DNA from: Epiperipatus broadwayi | Taxonomy: Eukaryota; Animalia; Onychophora | NCBI GenBank assembly: GCA_028023455.1 | Contig: JAQFVV010000007.1 | Location: 9,920,001-9,984,000 of the forward strand | Direction: 5' to 3' | DNA: 64,000 nt | In this document: piece by piece, positions 1 through 13,125 of the stretch | Layout: each line of letters begins with the position of its first letter | Position numbering within the stretch: position 1 is the first letter of the stretch | Made by a program: the position numbers and the translations under genes | Notes under the pieces: model-generated | What the model was told of the DNA's origin: nothing | Database searches by the model: none | The model's input: the letters and a program-made list of their open reading frames with translations, nothing else

Positions 1-235
1 ATTAGACAAGATATATGGGATCAAGATAAAGTGCCATAAAGATGAGAAGTAAGGACAGCTTTGAAAAATGTGCATCACATTTTCAGGATGGTTATTACAC
101 AAGACATGTAGGATCAAAACAAAGTGGCATAAAGATGAGAAGTATGGAGCTTTGAAAAATATGCATCACATCTTCTGGACAGTTATTACACAAGACACAT
201 GGGATCATGATAATGTATCATAAAGATAAAGAGTT
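1..235. repeat. Diverged tandem repeat, ~93 bp unit, ~2.5 copies (runs off window start)
   Basis: The motifs acaaga..gggatca..cataaagatgagaagt..gctttgaaaaat.tgcatcac recur with ~93 bp period. Confidence 0.75.
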
Positions 236-1049
236 GGTAGGATGGATATATTTCAAAAAATCATCTTAATGCTTGTATCATTATTCAAATAGTGATCAGA
301 ACACTCTTCTACCTGTTTGAAATATCATCATCACCATCGTATAAAAGAGGGCTCCCAAAAGGAATAATATTTAGTCTTGAATGAATTAGGAACCTACAAA
401 GTAACTGGAATTTTATTAGTACTCGGAATACAATGTAACCAACATCATTTTCTATAAGCCAAGAGATTGTATAAAGTTTTAATTAAGTACTGCTTATTAT
501 TATTCACAGTAAATCCTCATATATGAAAATCATTTAAGACTCAGTTGCAGATCCTATTGATACTTAAATCTGGCAATTGGCACAAATATGCATACACATA
601 AAAAATGACATAATTTAGTGAATAGATAGTTAGAAAAAATCTTATTTTAGAAAAAAACAAATTTAACAGTTCAATTTAAAAAGAGAATCCTATATTGGAA
701 TGTTCTGCAGTTTGACGAATATATCAGTAAAATTGTGCTTTTGTCGAGACATTATATGAATTGGGTTAAAAAAAATCAGTGATTTTATATTGTTTAATCG
801 ATATAACCCTAATAAGAAAACTTCCAATTCAACCATTATTCAAAAATTCTACAAATTTCTCCCTTTTTTTTTTCTGGTATTGAGCAAGGACAAAACATCT
901 AATACAAAAAACAAAAGCCCTCCTTCCATGAACAATAAAACGACACTATTCTCTGAATGCACATTTATTTTATATGTGTTTTATTAGCCATTATCATGAT
1001 ATTGTAAGATTCAATGTGTTTTTCTTCTTCAAATAATCACTTTAAGATT

Positions 1050-1560
1050 ATTTTTCACTGCTAGCCGACTAGCCACCGCACGCCGCTTGCTGGCTCTGTT
1101 GCTAGTCAAAAACCAATAGATATAACGTTACCGGGCTGATTTACAATTTTATTATTTATTCAAAAACAAATAAATATAACACTTTCACGTATTTCTTTAT
1201 TTTTTAATTACATTATACATGTCAGCGCATAGTGCTGGAACGTGCAGGGAGGGGAACCGATGGTTTTGACGATCTGAAGGATCGGCCAAAACATACGCTA
1301 CTCTGATCAAACAAAAACATATATTAGAAACATTCCACGATGACATTTTACAAACTATTTTTAAAAAATGTATGAAACAACATTATTTAATAAAATGTAA
1401 GAATTCCATTTTTAAATTACTGTCTGATCAAACCAAGCTTATGCTTTAAAAAAAAAACGACAAACCACAGCCGTTTTAGTAATCTCGTAACCGTTCTGGC
1501 GCAAAATTCCTTTTTCGCGTGAATTATGAAAAATGGTGCTGGGATGTACACTTTTGCAAT
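1050..1560. promoter_or_regulatory. CpG-retaining region, possible promoter/first-exon region
   Basis: Local CpG excess against a CpG-depleted background. E2F-like words ttctggcgcaaaa (~1495) and tttttcgcgtg (~1511). No gene identified. Confidence 0.3.
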
Positions 1561-2339
1561 TCGTTTCACCTTAAAAATATGTGTACAGAAGCATGGTGAC
1601 GGGTTTACAATTATTACTATCTAAAACTACCGTCAGGTTGTGAGAAAAATCATTACTTCGAATGCACATGAAAAGAATTATGGCCACTTGAATTCTATAC
1701 ACTCTCACATCATACCATAGCGATCTATGAAGTGTGTGCTATTTGCATAGTACCGCGAAGCACAAAAGCGGGCCATAATATTTATGTGCAATGCCATTTA
1801 GGCCTGCTTAACAGCTAATATGAACAGAACTGTTCTATAGGATGCATAAACAGCACATTTCTGTGCTTTTGCATGGAATCAGTGATATCAAGCAGTGTGC
1901 GGCGACTAATCAATGAGTACCAAAAAAAATCAAATGGCTTTATTGTTCGGGCATTTGTAAAAAGTTTGCATGCCAGAAGTGTCAGGACTGGAAAGGATAT
2001 TACACTCTACTCTTGATGCTTTATCATGGCACTAAACAAGATAGGACAACAGTGGTTATTTTCATGTTTTATACAACAAAAAATAATCACAATTTTATTC
2101 TCCAATCAAAAGAATTATTTTTTATCCAATTTATAATTGCTAATGGAATCCAAAAATACGGGATTAAACAAAGTATATAATATATATCAACTAATTTAAT
2201 AAGCCAGTTTTTTTTTAAAAAATGAAGATATTTCTAAATATTGTTTATCATTTAAGCCCTTCTGTTTATTAAAAAGAAACAACAAATAATTGAATAATTT
2301 ATTGCTCAAATATTTGTAAAAAGCATAAATATCTAACAT

Positions 2340-3230
2340 AACAGAGCCAGGCCATAATGCATGAAAATTGAACTTCAGAATCTGCTGCTCTACCACTGCA
2401 ATAAAGCAAGCTGGGAACTCAGAAAGGATATAGTAAATGAATGGTTTATTATTCAGATGTTCATAAGAAGTTCAAGCATCAGAAGCAACAGAGCTGGACT
2501 GCGATCCATGAATCTTGAGCTCCAGTCTGCTACTCTACCACTGCAGCACAGCATGCTGGGAACTCAGTAGAATATAGTAATTGAATGGTTTACTACTCAG
2601 GAGTTCATAAGAAGTTCAAACATCAGAAGTGAAAGAGATGGGCTATGATCCATGGATCTTGAGTTCGTCTGCCATTCTATCACTGCAGCAAAGCATGCTA
2701 GTAACTCAGAAAGACTATAGTAAGTGAATGAGTTCATAAGAAGTTTAAGTATTGGAAGTGACAGAGCTGGACTGTAATTCATGGATCTTGATCTCCAGAG
2801 TCTGCCACTGCAGCAAAGCATGATGGGAACTCAGAAGGAATACAGTAATCAAATGGTTTATTATTCTAGAAGTTCATAAGAAGTTCAAGCATCAGAAGTG
2901 GTCGAGCTGGGCTGCAATCCATATACCTTGAACTCCAGTCTGCCATTACACCATTGTAGCAAAGCATGCTGGGAATTCACACAGTAACTGAAGTTTATTA
3001 TTCAGAAGTTCATAAGAAATTCAAGCATCAGAATGAACAGAACTGGTCAGCGATCTATGGAGCTCGTGTCTGCCATTACACTATTGCAGCAATGCATGCT
3101 GGGAACGCAGATAACTGAAGTTTATTATTCAGGAGTTCATAAGAAATTCAAGCATCAGAAGGAACAGAACTGGTCAGCGATCTATGAACGTTGAGCTCCA
3201 GGGTTTGCCATTCTACCACTCCACCAAACC
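2340..3230 (-). repeat. Tandem array (~6.5 units, 126-144 bp period) of a tRNA-derived SINE monomer
   Basis: The marker gttcataagaagttcaagcatcagaag recurs at ~2460, 2604, 2732, 2872, 3009 and 3135. The minus strand reads gcagtggtagag(t/c)agcaga.t..ggagctcaag..catggatcgcagtcc, a tRNA A/B-box-like head. The same monomer is dispersed elsewhere in the window. Confidence 0.85.
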
Positions 3231-3359
3231 ACATAGGACACATATTTTTCAAAGTTACAGTATTTATTATTTACAAACACAATATTATTATAGAAGCAGT
3301 CTTGTAAAAATATTGATCATGAATCAGTCGTATAGGATGATGGACAATATCTTATATGC

Positions 3360-3815
3360 ACAATGTGTGCTAGGGAATAGGCGACTCATTTTCTCTCCAA
3401 ATCGCCTGAAGTGCCATCTTTGAATCAGCGTGTTACATAGTGACAGTTTAGTTATTCATTATAAAAATTTTAAAGTGGTGTTTCCAGATCATGAGTTGCG
3501 ATATGAAATGTGATAGTATATTTAATTACCTTCGTAGGTCATTTTCATTGCTCCTTCTATAACAAAATTTTGCAAACCACTTGATAACATTAATGTCATT
3601 CATGGCTTCAATGCCATACACAACCTGAATCATTTTAAACATTTTAGTAATAGTTTTCCCCAATTTAAAATAAAATTTAATGCTAGCACATTGTATTATC
3701 ATAATTTAAGTTATGGAGCAATCACATTTAATGTCATAATTTGTGATCCACTATCGCTTTAAAATTTTTGTGGTGAATAGCTAAACTATGTCACTATATG
3801 ACATATTATTGATAA
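3360..3815. mobile_element. Tc1/mariner-type non-autonomous element (long imperfect inverted arms)
   Basis: 3425-3480 (gtgttacatagtgacagtttagttattcattataaaaattttaaag) is the inverse of 3758-3805. The same arm flanks the mariner fragment at 17820 and 18600-18716. Confidence 0.6.
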
Positions 3816-3835
3816 CAATAGCATTATATAGTCAA

Positions 3836-3907
3836 GCATTCGTGGCCTAGCGGTTAGCATAGCTGCCTTCCAAGAAGCTGGCCCGGGTTCGCTTCCCAGT
3901 CAACGCT
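3836..3907 (+). pseudogene. Retroposed tRNA-Gly(TCC) pseudogene
   Basis: Closely follows the canonical Gly-TCC sequence (anticodon loop CTTCCAA, GGTTCG T-arm). It has mismatches in the acceptor, anticodon and T stems and lacks A58. It is followed by a short trailer and A10 and flanked by a 14 bp TSD aatagcattatata (3817-3830, 3925-3938). Confidence 0.85.
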
Positions 3908-6900
3908 TTGACATATAAAAAAAAAATAGCATTATATAAGCTAGTAAACAAAATAAGGAAACCAATATTATACATTTCAGTGAAGTGGGAAAAGGGCATG
4001 GGAATTGGAAGGACAAAATCAAGGATGAACAATAAAAGTTTTGCCACATTACTGAAGGGATAATATCATATTTTATAAGACACAAGACTCATCAATTTAG
4101 AAGTTAAATAAAGATAACCATACTTACTAGATAAACATGGGATGGGGAGACTAACTAAATTGTCAGTAACTTTGAAAATAATGTTATGAAATGTAGGATT
4201 ATTAAATTATTTACACGTGTGATATTTAGACAAATTATGTGCATCTAGAAAAAACTATTCAGATAACACAAATATAAAGAATTTATCAAATTATTTAGAC
4301 AACTAATTTGTGAATTACTTAACTATAGGGAAAAACCTGAGACTTTAAATCAAATTTGCCTTGTTGATAAAAGCTAAATGAAGATAATTAAAATATAAAA
4401 TTATAATATCATCTTTTCCCAAAGACTTTATCATGTGTTTGAAGTGTTTGTATTCAGTCATTTATAGTTAAAAAATCTGCAAAGCGCATGTGCAACAGCT
4501 TAATGCTGTTTAGCTATTACAGTTTATAAAACTTCGCGCTATATAAAATAATTGATTTATTTATATAATAATTAAATTGAATATTGTGATATCAAGCAAA
4601 TAAGATAAACTGCATGACAATTAAAAATGAAAAGCCAATTCTTCAGCAAATAAATAAATAAAACTTTGTGGTTTCACAGCTAACCAAATATTATTGTAAT
4701 TAATGTAGAAGTGAAAATTAAACATTATGAAATGATTTTATCCATTTAAAAAAAGTTTGCTTTTATTTATTTATGTAAAGATCATTAAGTTTAATGTCTA
4801 CGCTTTGATCTTATAAACTAAAACTCATTCTAAATTTAAAGTTAGAAATAAACAAAATATTATTTTGAGTTAAATTTTTTTTGTGTCCCAAGTTTTATTT
4901 AATTAAATTAAGCATTAAGAGAGGAAGTTGATCAAAAAGTAAGATAAGACATTCAGTAAACAAATCAACATTGTTTCAATACACATAGTTTTACATTCGA
5001 TTTCAGATTATCATGGAATATTGCTTGAGAGGATTGTGAATATATAAAGAATTAAAAACACAACACTAGAGTTGGTTTAGTTGCAGTTCAGTTGCGCAAA
5101 ATGTTGAACTGCGATAAAATTTCAGTTGTTCACTGAAAGAGCATTAATATTTAAAGTATCAAATTTATAAATAGAAGTAACAGAAGCAGTCGCAAAAAAG
5201 AAACAAATATTGAGTTTAACAGTGGAACCAAGCTAAGCTAACTTTGAAAATTTCAAATTATTCTTTTCAATCATCATTATGATAAAAGTTTTTAACTGCA
5301 AAACTTAGTTGAGTCACTGCCTACTATATGGAAATGTAATCCCTGGTAAAGTATTAGATATGGAGCCTAAAGATGAAATCTGCCCCTGAGTTGATAAGTC
5401 CAAATCTGCTCCTGAGTTGATAAGTCATTTGTAACAAAAAAACTTGTAAATAAATTGAAATTCGGCAAAATTATTGATATAAAATTAAATCCTGGAAAAT
5501 GACAGAGGAATATAGTTGCATGGAAAATTAATTCCCAAGAGAAAACTTGCAATAATAAACAGGTTGGCCTTGAAAAGAGGGATGTTATTTTGAATGGTCA
5601 AGTACATTTATCAAAAGTATATCAAACACAGTGAAAATAAAAGGAATAGTAAAGTTAATATCAAGGGAAGATATTAAACAATAAAATATTGGCAAAAGCT
5701 TAATTTAATTAAATTAATATATTTTATAAAATCAACAAAATATTTTCAGTATATTATCAACAATTTGATAATAAAAGAGTAATTCATAAATTTTTATCCA
5801 TTATATTTTGCTAACTCTTTTTGAGGTAGTATAACTTTTTTTAAAAATATGAATTACTAAACAACGCAAATTTTTACAGTAAAAATATATTTCATTACTG
5901 CATTATAATTGATAAATAATTTTTGTGTAGTACATCATCTATGAAGAAGTTGGGTGGGAGGGGAATGAATAAAGTAGGAAATCCAGCCAGATATCCGTTC
6001 TCTATAAAGGTGTTTTAGATATTTATATATAAATGTAATGTCGTGTTTACATTTAAAATTTTATCATTATCATAATTTGTTATTTTACTGAAGTGCTAGT
6101 TTAAAATTAATTAGTAATTATATCCATCATTCGTTCGGTTGGGCATCATCTGACAAACAAGTTTCCACAGTCACCCAGACTGTGCTAGATTGCACCAAAC
6201 AATAAAAACAAACAAAGATTTAATAAGGATAGGTACATCAGTCTTTCAAACCTGAGCATAGCATCAGAGTATATAGAAGCACACTTAAAACAAATTAAAC
6301 CTGATTTCTGCTCACCAATATTTTTGTGGTCAGTCGGAAGAACATTAAATACAACCACAGTCATGTCATCAATATTATTTTACTGAGATCACATTTTGAG
6401 TAATCTATGTAAAATGATGATGATTAATGACACTAGTAATGATCCAGTTACTGACCAGTGTGCTGGATGAACTAAATTTTTGTTATGCTTTAAGAGGAAA
6501 ACTTTAGTACACTTTGTTATCATTTTCCATTCTGACACATTGGCATACCAATGTGAGGAGCTCTGACACATTGTTCAGTCTCGCACCATACATACATATA
6601 TATATATAAAGAGCGAGTATCAAGATGTGTGATTTACACATACATTTAGAAATGCATATGTGATGTGCAATTCTCATCAATTGGTAGGTTTTAGGATCTT
6701 AGTGGCAAATTTTCTTTTTCTGCGATAGTAGAGTTCATGTTATTGCACTTAAACTTTTCTCCAAATCAAATTTTTCAGACATTATTTACTTTTCTAATGA
6801 ATTGAAATTATCTCATAATATAATCAAGTTGCAACAGTTTTCAACATGGTTATTAATATCTCAGTCAAAATTTCACATAATAATGACGGAGAATCCCCTT

Positions 6901-8749
6901 TTAAGAACCCCTACTATCAACAACACTATCATAAATCTTCACCAACACTACAGTTCAAAGGTGTCACCTTTTTCTTTCCTCTTTGAATTGTTCAGTTATT
7001 ACATTCATAGAAAGCCAAAGGAAATATATTAAAAAAAAAACACCTATCCCACTAAATAGGATTAGAGTCTTAATATATTTTTTCTTCGTAATTAAAAAAT
7101 TGCCAGGTTTAATCATACGTAAACATAATAAGAAATAACCAAACTCTCAAAAGCCTTGACAATAAAGGCAAAAGCCAGACACCAGTCTGAGAGGGGGTGG
7201 GTTTAAATAATTAAGAATTAGGGATTTTACATACATCTGGTTACCATTGATTACTTACAGCTTACATTAGATGACACTAGGGTGGAGAGCTGTTCTTGCA
7301 TTACACATAAACATCTTATATCAATGCAAAACATTGTTTTTTTAATTCTAGAACAGTGTTTGTAAGTTTCACCATGAAAGGTGATAACTCTCAAATAATC
7401 TGATATCTTAGTAAAATACAGTCATATTTTTAGTTGCTCAGGAAGTGATGTGATGTTTGATCAACCAAGTGAGAGACCGAGCCCATTAGTTTTGTTCAGT
7501 TGGCCAAACTGTGATTTTTACTATAACTTTAGTTCTTGAATCCGGTAAACTATCACTGTGCTAAACTACAGAGCAGATAACCTTGTTATATACTCGTGCA
7601 ATATTTTACATTCATCTAAATCTACCCAAAGGCAAGTACTATAACCATGTGACAATTTGATCATCATTGCTGATAGTTTGCTACTGCTCATCATATTATA
7701 TGCAATTGAGAGGTTTGTTATCGATTCAACAATTCCTGATAGAGGAAATAAAAAAAAATCCTATTTTCATCAAATTAAAATGGTAGTAGTAATCTACACT
7801 TACAGTTATATAAATATAGCTAGTCACAACAAAGGCTTGAAGTCAAGGAAAACTTTTAATAAGTGGAATGTAGAAGGTTTAAACAGGTGATCAAAAAATA
7901 AATAAATGCAATACATGCATTTTATAATCATTTCTGACCATTATACCAATCCATTACAGGACAGTTTAAGTTTAATCTATTTTTTCCAATCCACATCTTC
8001 CAGTTACACATCACTCCAACAAACTTTTTTTTATTAACCATCTCACTTGTGATCTTTTTCTTTGTCTTTTACAATGTCTTACGGATGCAAGCATTTATGT
8101 GCTGCAATTTTCTAACTCAACTTTTGAATTTCACAGAAAGATAATGAAATAGAAATTATAGTTCGACTTAGACATTTCTTGTTATGAATTTATACGTTTA
8201 ATATTTTTTTAAATTGTACAACAAATTTGGAATGGAATAGTTTTCAATTTTATTTAAAACTCTAACGTGGTTCGCGGAGATAAGTGGCTAGTAGTGGACT
8301 ATAGTTTACAGATGGATGTTTTGTGATATGGTGGTATATACTTATGATTAAAAACATCTGAAATGATCTTTAAATATTTACATTTGTTCTAAATATTGCA
8401 ATCAATAAAAAGATTTTTAATTTTATGCCAGTTTCGTAAAAGTCACTACCTAATAATAAATTAACACTGGAAAAACGATATTTTTAAATATAAACATTAG
8501 TACAATGGAATTTCGTTAGATGGCACTACAACTTGAATGCACACAATATATATATATTATCGGTATTGGATATTGTTTAATTACATAATTAAATATTTTA
8601 TTTAATAAAGCATTACAGAAATGTAATTTACATATATATAAATCGTTATACAAGCATGAAATATGTAATACATGTTGGATTCCTTCGAAATTTTATTAAC
8701 GTGTACTGTTTTTACTGAAAGGAAAAATAAAAAAAATTATAAATTCCTT

Positions 8750-9790
8750 ACCTTCTCTTTTTAACTCCCATAGCTTACGATTGATTAGCAAAGTTTTCTT
8801 TTTACAGAGTTCACATTTTGAAATTCTCGGTTGCTTCTTTACTTGTCTTTTAAGACAATTGTCCCGTCGTCTAGTTTTTAATTATCTATTTCCTTTGTCA
8901 CTTTTGAACGCGGTAGTGTTCTGATAGTGTCATTGTACATTCTTAAACAATGTAATTTTTTAAAAATAATTTATCGCTAGATAAATATCCGCTATGAGCT
9001 TTTAAACTACCAATTTCCTTTTTCGTTACAAGATTATCCATTTCCTTTATAACTGAGATTGCTTTTTAAAGTTTCATTTTCCTACGGTCAAAATTACTTT
9101 TGACGAACGAGCGGAAGTATCGAAGCATATAATAACTTAAGAATTGTCACAATATTTTTAAAAACAAAAATAACACATCCTTTTGTTATCATTAGCAATG
9201 CAACATTGGACCAGTAAACAAAAGGTAGCCATTTAATGAACACATTTTAATTTAATGAATAACAGTAAAAGTCCTATCGCTATATTCTAATTGGATAGTT
9301 TAATCATTTATATTACCATAAGTCCGCATTTAGTACCGGCTGTATTTTAAACTCCCTGTCCATCCCATATTTTTGTAAAATAAACGGAATGCCTGTCTTT
9401 ACTTTCCGATAAAATGTTAACAGGAAAATTAAAGCAACACAAAAACAATTTTCGCGGGAATTTTTGTTACCTAGATATAAGAAAGACACGTGAGTAATCT
9501 GATCCAATCCCTGCACGTATACCTCTACAGCCACCTACTCTCCACCCCATATTAACAAAAAATACAAATCAAATCAAATTAATAATAATAAAAAAAAGAA
9601 AGTTCGATCTTCTGGCGAATATGAATTTTACAATTAAAGTGAATAAATATTTATTTGAAAATGAATGTAATTTTAACATTCTTTATAATTTATTTATTTT
9701 TTGAGCGATATTTTTGACCGCCTTTCCCCCCCGGAAATATGGTGACCCTCAGGGCCCGACTAATCAATTATGACGCCTGAGGCACGCCTT
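8750..9790. promoter_or_regulatory. CpG-retaining region, possible divergent promoter
   Basis: ETS-like gcggaagt (~9111) and E2F-like ttttcgcgggaa (~9449). Outward-facing donor-like sites: minus-strand GAAG/gtaagg (~8752) and plus-strand CAC/gtgagt (~9490). The genes are not identifiable. Confidence 0.3.
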
Positions 9791-10571
9791 AATAACTGCA
9801 CATTTTAAAATTGTTGAAAAGATTTTTTTTTTAATGATCCAGTGAACAAATCAATGTATATAATAGGAAAAAAGTGTGTATTTAAATAAATATATATATT
9901 CAAATGTAGTGAATATCTTATTTTAGGGTCGATTTCAGGCAATTGCCTCGTCTATGGAACCGACATTGGTAACTCATATGTCCACACCATTCCACCAACG
10001 ATTGTCTTTAAACCAGATATCTAAGAAAAAATATGATACCTTATCAGTCTATTTTCAATTTGTGGTAACAACTGATGAATATGGGATGAGTTTATTCAAG
10101 TACTCATCAACCCATCCATGTACATTTTCTGTATAATACAATATTTTCCCCTACAAGCACAATTTCCATATGGTTCCAGATTTTTTTTAAAAAAAACCAT
10201 AGAAGTATGTTTTTAAAAAAAATTACATTGAAAACATTGTATGTACATATATGAATGTGCTATACACATTTTTGTCATGCATAAACATAGCAGATATACC
10301 TATATGTGTGTGCATCAAAATTGCTTGCTATAACTCAGATTTCCCATTCTCCATGAATTTCAAATATATGACATAGCTTGAAACTAACAATTTTGTTGTG
10401 CGTGAGAAGAGTATACTGTGCCCAGGACAACCAAATGTTGGATTGCAGGTTGTGTGTAGCACAAAAGTGCTTCATCATGGGGATGCCAAGACACAAAGAT
10501 AAAAAATAAAATTTATATGTAAATAAAAATGTTGACATTTTCAAATCATCATTAAAAATACCCTGAGTGGA

Positions 10572-11160
10572 TGTCATATCTGACCCTGCCTTCAGAAGTG
10601 GACTATTCCAGATTCCTTACCTGATTGGCTAGCACCCAGTTGCTATCCAACAAGATTAAAACTCACTGGAATTCGCACATTGAATCCACATGTTTCCAGT
10701 AAGGTAGGGGATCTGCCTTTAAATAATCAGCCTTTTGGAAGCAAGGCAGAGAGCAATTACTTCAGTTAACCTGAACAACAGAACGTGCTCTCCATTAAAC
10801 CTTCTGCCATCAGCAAAGGTATTTATCTAGTCATTATTGAGACATCCACGCAGTGAGGCAAGTCCACCTATGGACTGGAAACTGCTATGTCTGAACTAGA
10901 GCCAACTCGAGGCAAACTAACTACGTAGCTGGAAGAGTCTTACCAGAACTCATGACACAGGCTAAGCATTAGCTGGAAGCGAGTTCCATACTCTGCACGA
11001 CTATCTCAGCATTGAAGTCTATCAACTGTATTTGTTCATTTGTTAACTAACGTAAGTATATATTTTGTACTAATAAATTATACATATTAATTGCTGAATA
11101 GTTGTTCTTTTTGTATCTGTTGGTTTGGAAACGAACCTGCAAGCCTAACCAAACACAACA
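10572..11160 (+). repeat. 5' LTR (589 bp)
   Basis: tgtcatatctgacc...aaacacaaca, with aataaa near the 3' end. Confidence 0.93.
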
Positions 11161-11164
11161 GATT

Positions 11165-11176
11165 TGGTGCAGTCGG
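11165..11176 (+). other. Primer-binding site, tRNA-Ser type
   Basis: TGGTGCAGTCGG, 4 nt after the LTR. It matches 11/12 of TGGCGCAGTCGG (complement of the arthropod tRNA-Ser(AGA) 3' end); the single difference is a CpG transition. Confidence 0.75.
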
Positions 11177-11647
11177 CACACCAATTATAACAGATTTGGC
11201 ACAGTAACAGAAATTTTTCCCTCACTGCTGGAAAAATTAGAATAAACTATGCCAGTTATAACAGATTTGGCACAGTAAAACAGAGAACATTTTCCCCTCA
11301 CGGCTGGAAAAATTACATTATAAAATACGCCAGTTTCAACAGATCTAAATGTATGAAATAAATATGCATTTGTGTATTTGTTTTATTTTTCGTTTTGGAA
11401 AAAATTTACGTTACCGTAATTTCATTATGGTAGTATTTTTCTTTTAGAAAAATAACGTAAAACTGATGAATAAAATTGACCACAAACATAAAGGCATGTC
11501 AATTAGAAGCTTCAACCAATCATGAGAGCTTTACTCACAAGACAGCATAAAAGCTCGCTCTATTGGTTTAAAAGTTTCATCGAGTTAGTTTCAATAAGGT
11601 AACTATAAAAACAAGTACGAGTAATTACTCAGCATAAATAAAAAAAG

Positions 11648-12472
11648 ATGGCTAAAGCATTCGGCTCTATGGAATCTTTTGATCCGGCTTAACCTGAGAG
11701 ATGGCCAAATTATAAAGAGCGTTTGATTTTTTATCTACAGGCTAACAATATAAAAAAGCCTGAGATAAAGTTAGCTACACTAATGACCACAATAGGTCTG
11801 CAAACGTACGATATACTCAAGTCTCAATCTACAGCTGTAACCCCAGCTGAGCTGGATTTTGATAGAGTGTTGACAATTCTCACAGAGTATTTTTCTCCTA
11901 AACTCTTGACCATAATGCAGAGATATCATTTTAATCTCAGCATACAAGAACAGGGTGAAACAGCTAGAGAATTTGCAACACGAATCCGTACATTAGCCTT
12001 GAAGTGCGAATTCAAAGACTTCATGAATGAAGCACTTCATGATTGTTTTATTTGTGGCATAAACGATCACAATTTGAGACTGAAAATGTTAATGATTCCA
12101 GATCTAGATTTTGAGACAGCGGTAGCTCAAGCAAGACTAGCAGAAACTATAGCTAGTCAAGCTAACCCATTAAAAAGACTTATAAAGTATGAAGTGCAAA
12201 AAATTAAGCATAACACTGGGTCACCCAAGCACTCAGTCAGCTCAAATAAATCAGCATCAAATACTCTAAGGTTTTGTTATAGATGCAATGAACACATGCA
12301 TACAGATTGTCCATACTGCAAAGCAACGTGCATGTTTTGCAAGCGTATAGGACATATAAAGGCAGCATGTCTGAAATTAAAAAAACAAACAGCCAAGTCT
12401 ATTCCTAAAGACAGTAAAGGCACTTATAAGAAACATATACAAGTTGCCTGTATAAACCATATCAGAGACTAA
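11648..12472 (+). pseudogene. gag: Gag (Mag-clade-like) with premature TAA at codon 15 (11690-11692)
   Basis: MAKAFGSMESFDPA*PERWPNYKERLIFYLQANNI...RYHFNLSIQEQGETAREFATRIRTLALKCEF...CYRCNEHMHTDC...CMFCKRIGHIKAAC. Confidence 0.9.
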
Positions 12473-13086
12473 AAGTCTGGGTTTATATACACTGTCATAA
12501 TAAATGATACACCAGTTAATATGGAACTTGACACAGGGTCATCAGTGTCTATAGTTTCAAGAAAAACTGGACAATCATTAATAAAAAGAATAAATATAAG
12601 CTGCACCCTTGCAGTAAGTCAATAGCAGACTACCAAGGGAATAAAATAAACTGTTGGGTCAAACAACAGGCATCATTTAACCATAATGATTTAATAGGTT
12701 ATGACTGATTCAGTCACTTAGGGTTCAAAGTGACCAAAGTGAATCAGCTCACAATATCAAAGTTAAAGTCTAATGAATCAGAAGTCTTTAACAAAAAGCT
12801 GAAACCTGAGGCCAAACTTCAGCTAGAAGATAAAAACCAAAATAAAATTCCAAATAGGAACAAAAGTACTATGTTATATATACTATGGGTCCACAAGATG
12901 GAGACCAGTAGTTGTGATGCAAATAAAGGAGCTCTACATTGTTGTGCAAACTGAAGAAGGTCATCATCATCATCACCATTACAAACAGCTAAGATTCAAC
13001 CACACATCTGAAGCTATCAAGACAGCAGCAGACAACCAGAAACAAGCTCATTCAAGAGAAGATGAAGACAGGAACAACAATCAATG
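12473..13086 (+). pseudogene. pol remnant: aspartic protease fused by deletion to integrase C-terminal tail
   Basis: MELDTGSSVSIVS (D at 12530), then frameshifts and stops. Near 12865 it switches to VLCYIYYGSTRWRPVVVMQ...YIVVQTEEGHHHHHHYKQLR, the W-x-P...G..H..Q(L)R type integrase tail. No YxDD or DDE motif is seen. Confidence 0.8.
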
Positions 13087-13114
13087 ACTATGTCCTCCAG
13101 GGCTAATTTCAGCC

Positions 13115-13125
13115 AGGGGGAGGGA
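13115..13125 (+). other. Polypurine tract
   Basis: AGGGGGAGGGA immediately before the 3' LTR. Confidence 0.85.

Noticed and set aside
2340-3230. CRISPR-like array (also considered for 11157-11346)
   Set aside because: The whole unit is repeated and diverged, there are no unique spacers between identical repeats, no cas genes are present, and the context is eukaryotic.
3836-3907. Functional tRNA-Gly
   Set aside because: Mismatches in three stems, loss of A58, and a poly(A) + TSD context.
5007-5039. Kinase hinge-like IIMEYCLRG after a tttcag acceptor
   Set aside because: Too short, followed by a stop, and no other kinase exons were found.
10055-10128. Minus-strand terminal exon (ENVHGWVDEYLNKLIPYSSVVTTN*)
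   Set aside because: The acceptor is plausible, but there are no linked upstream exons and no recognisable family.
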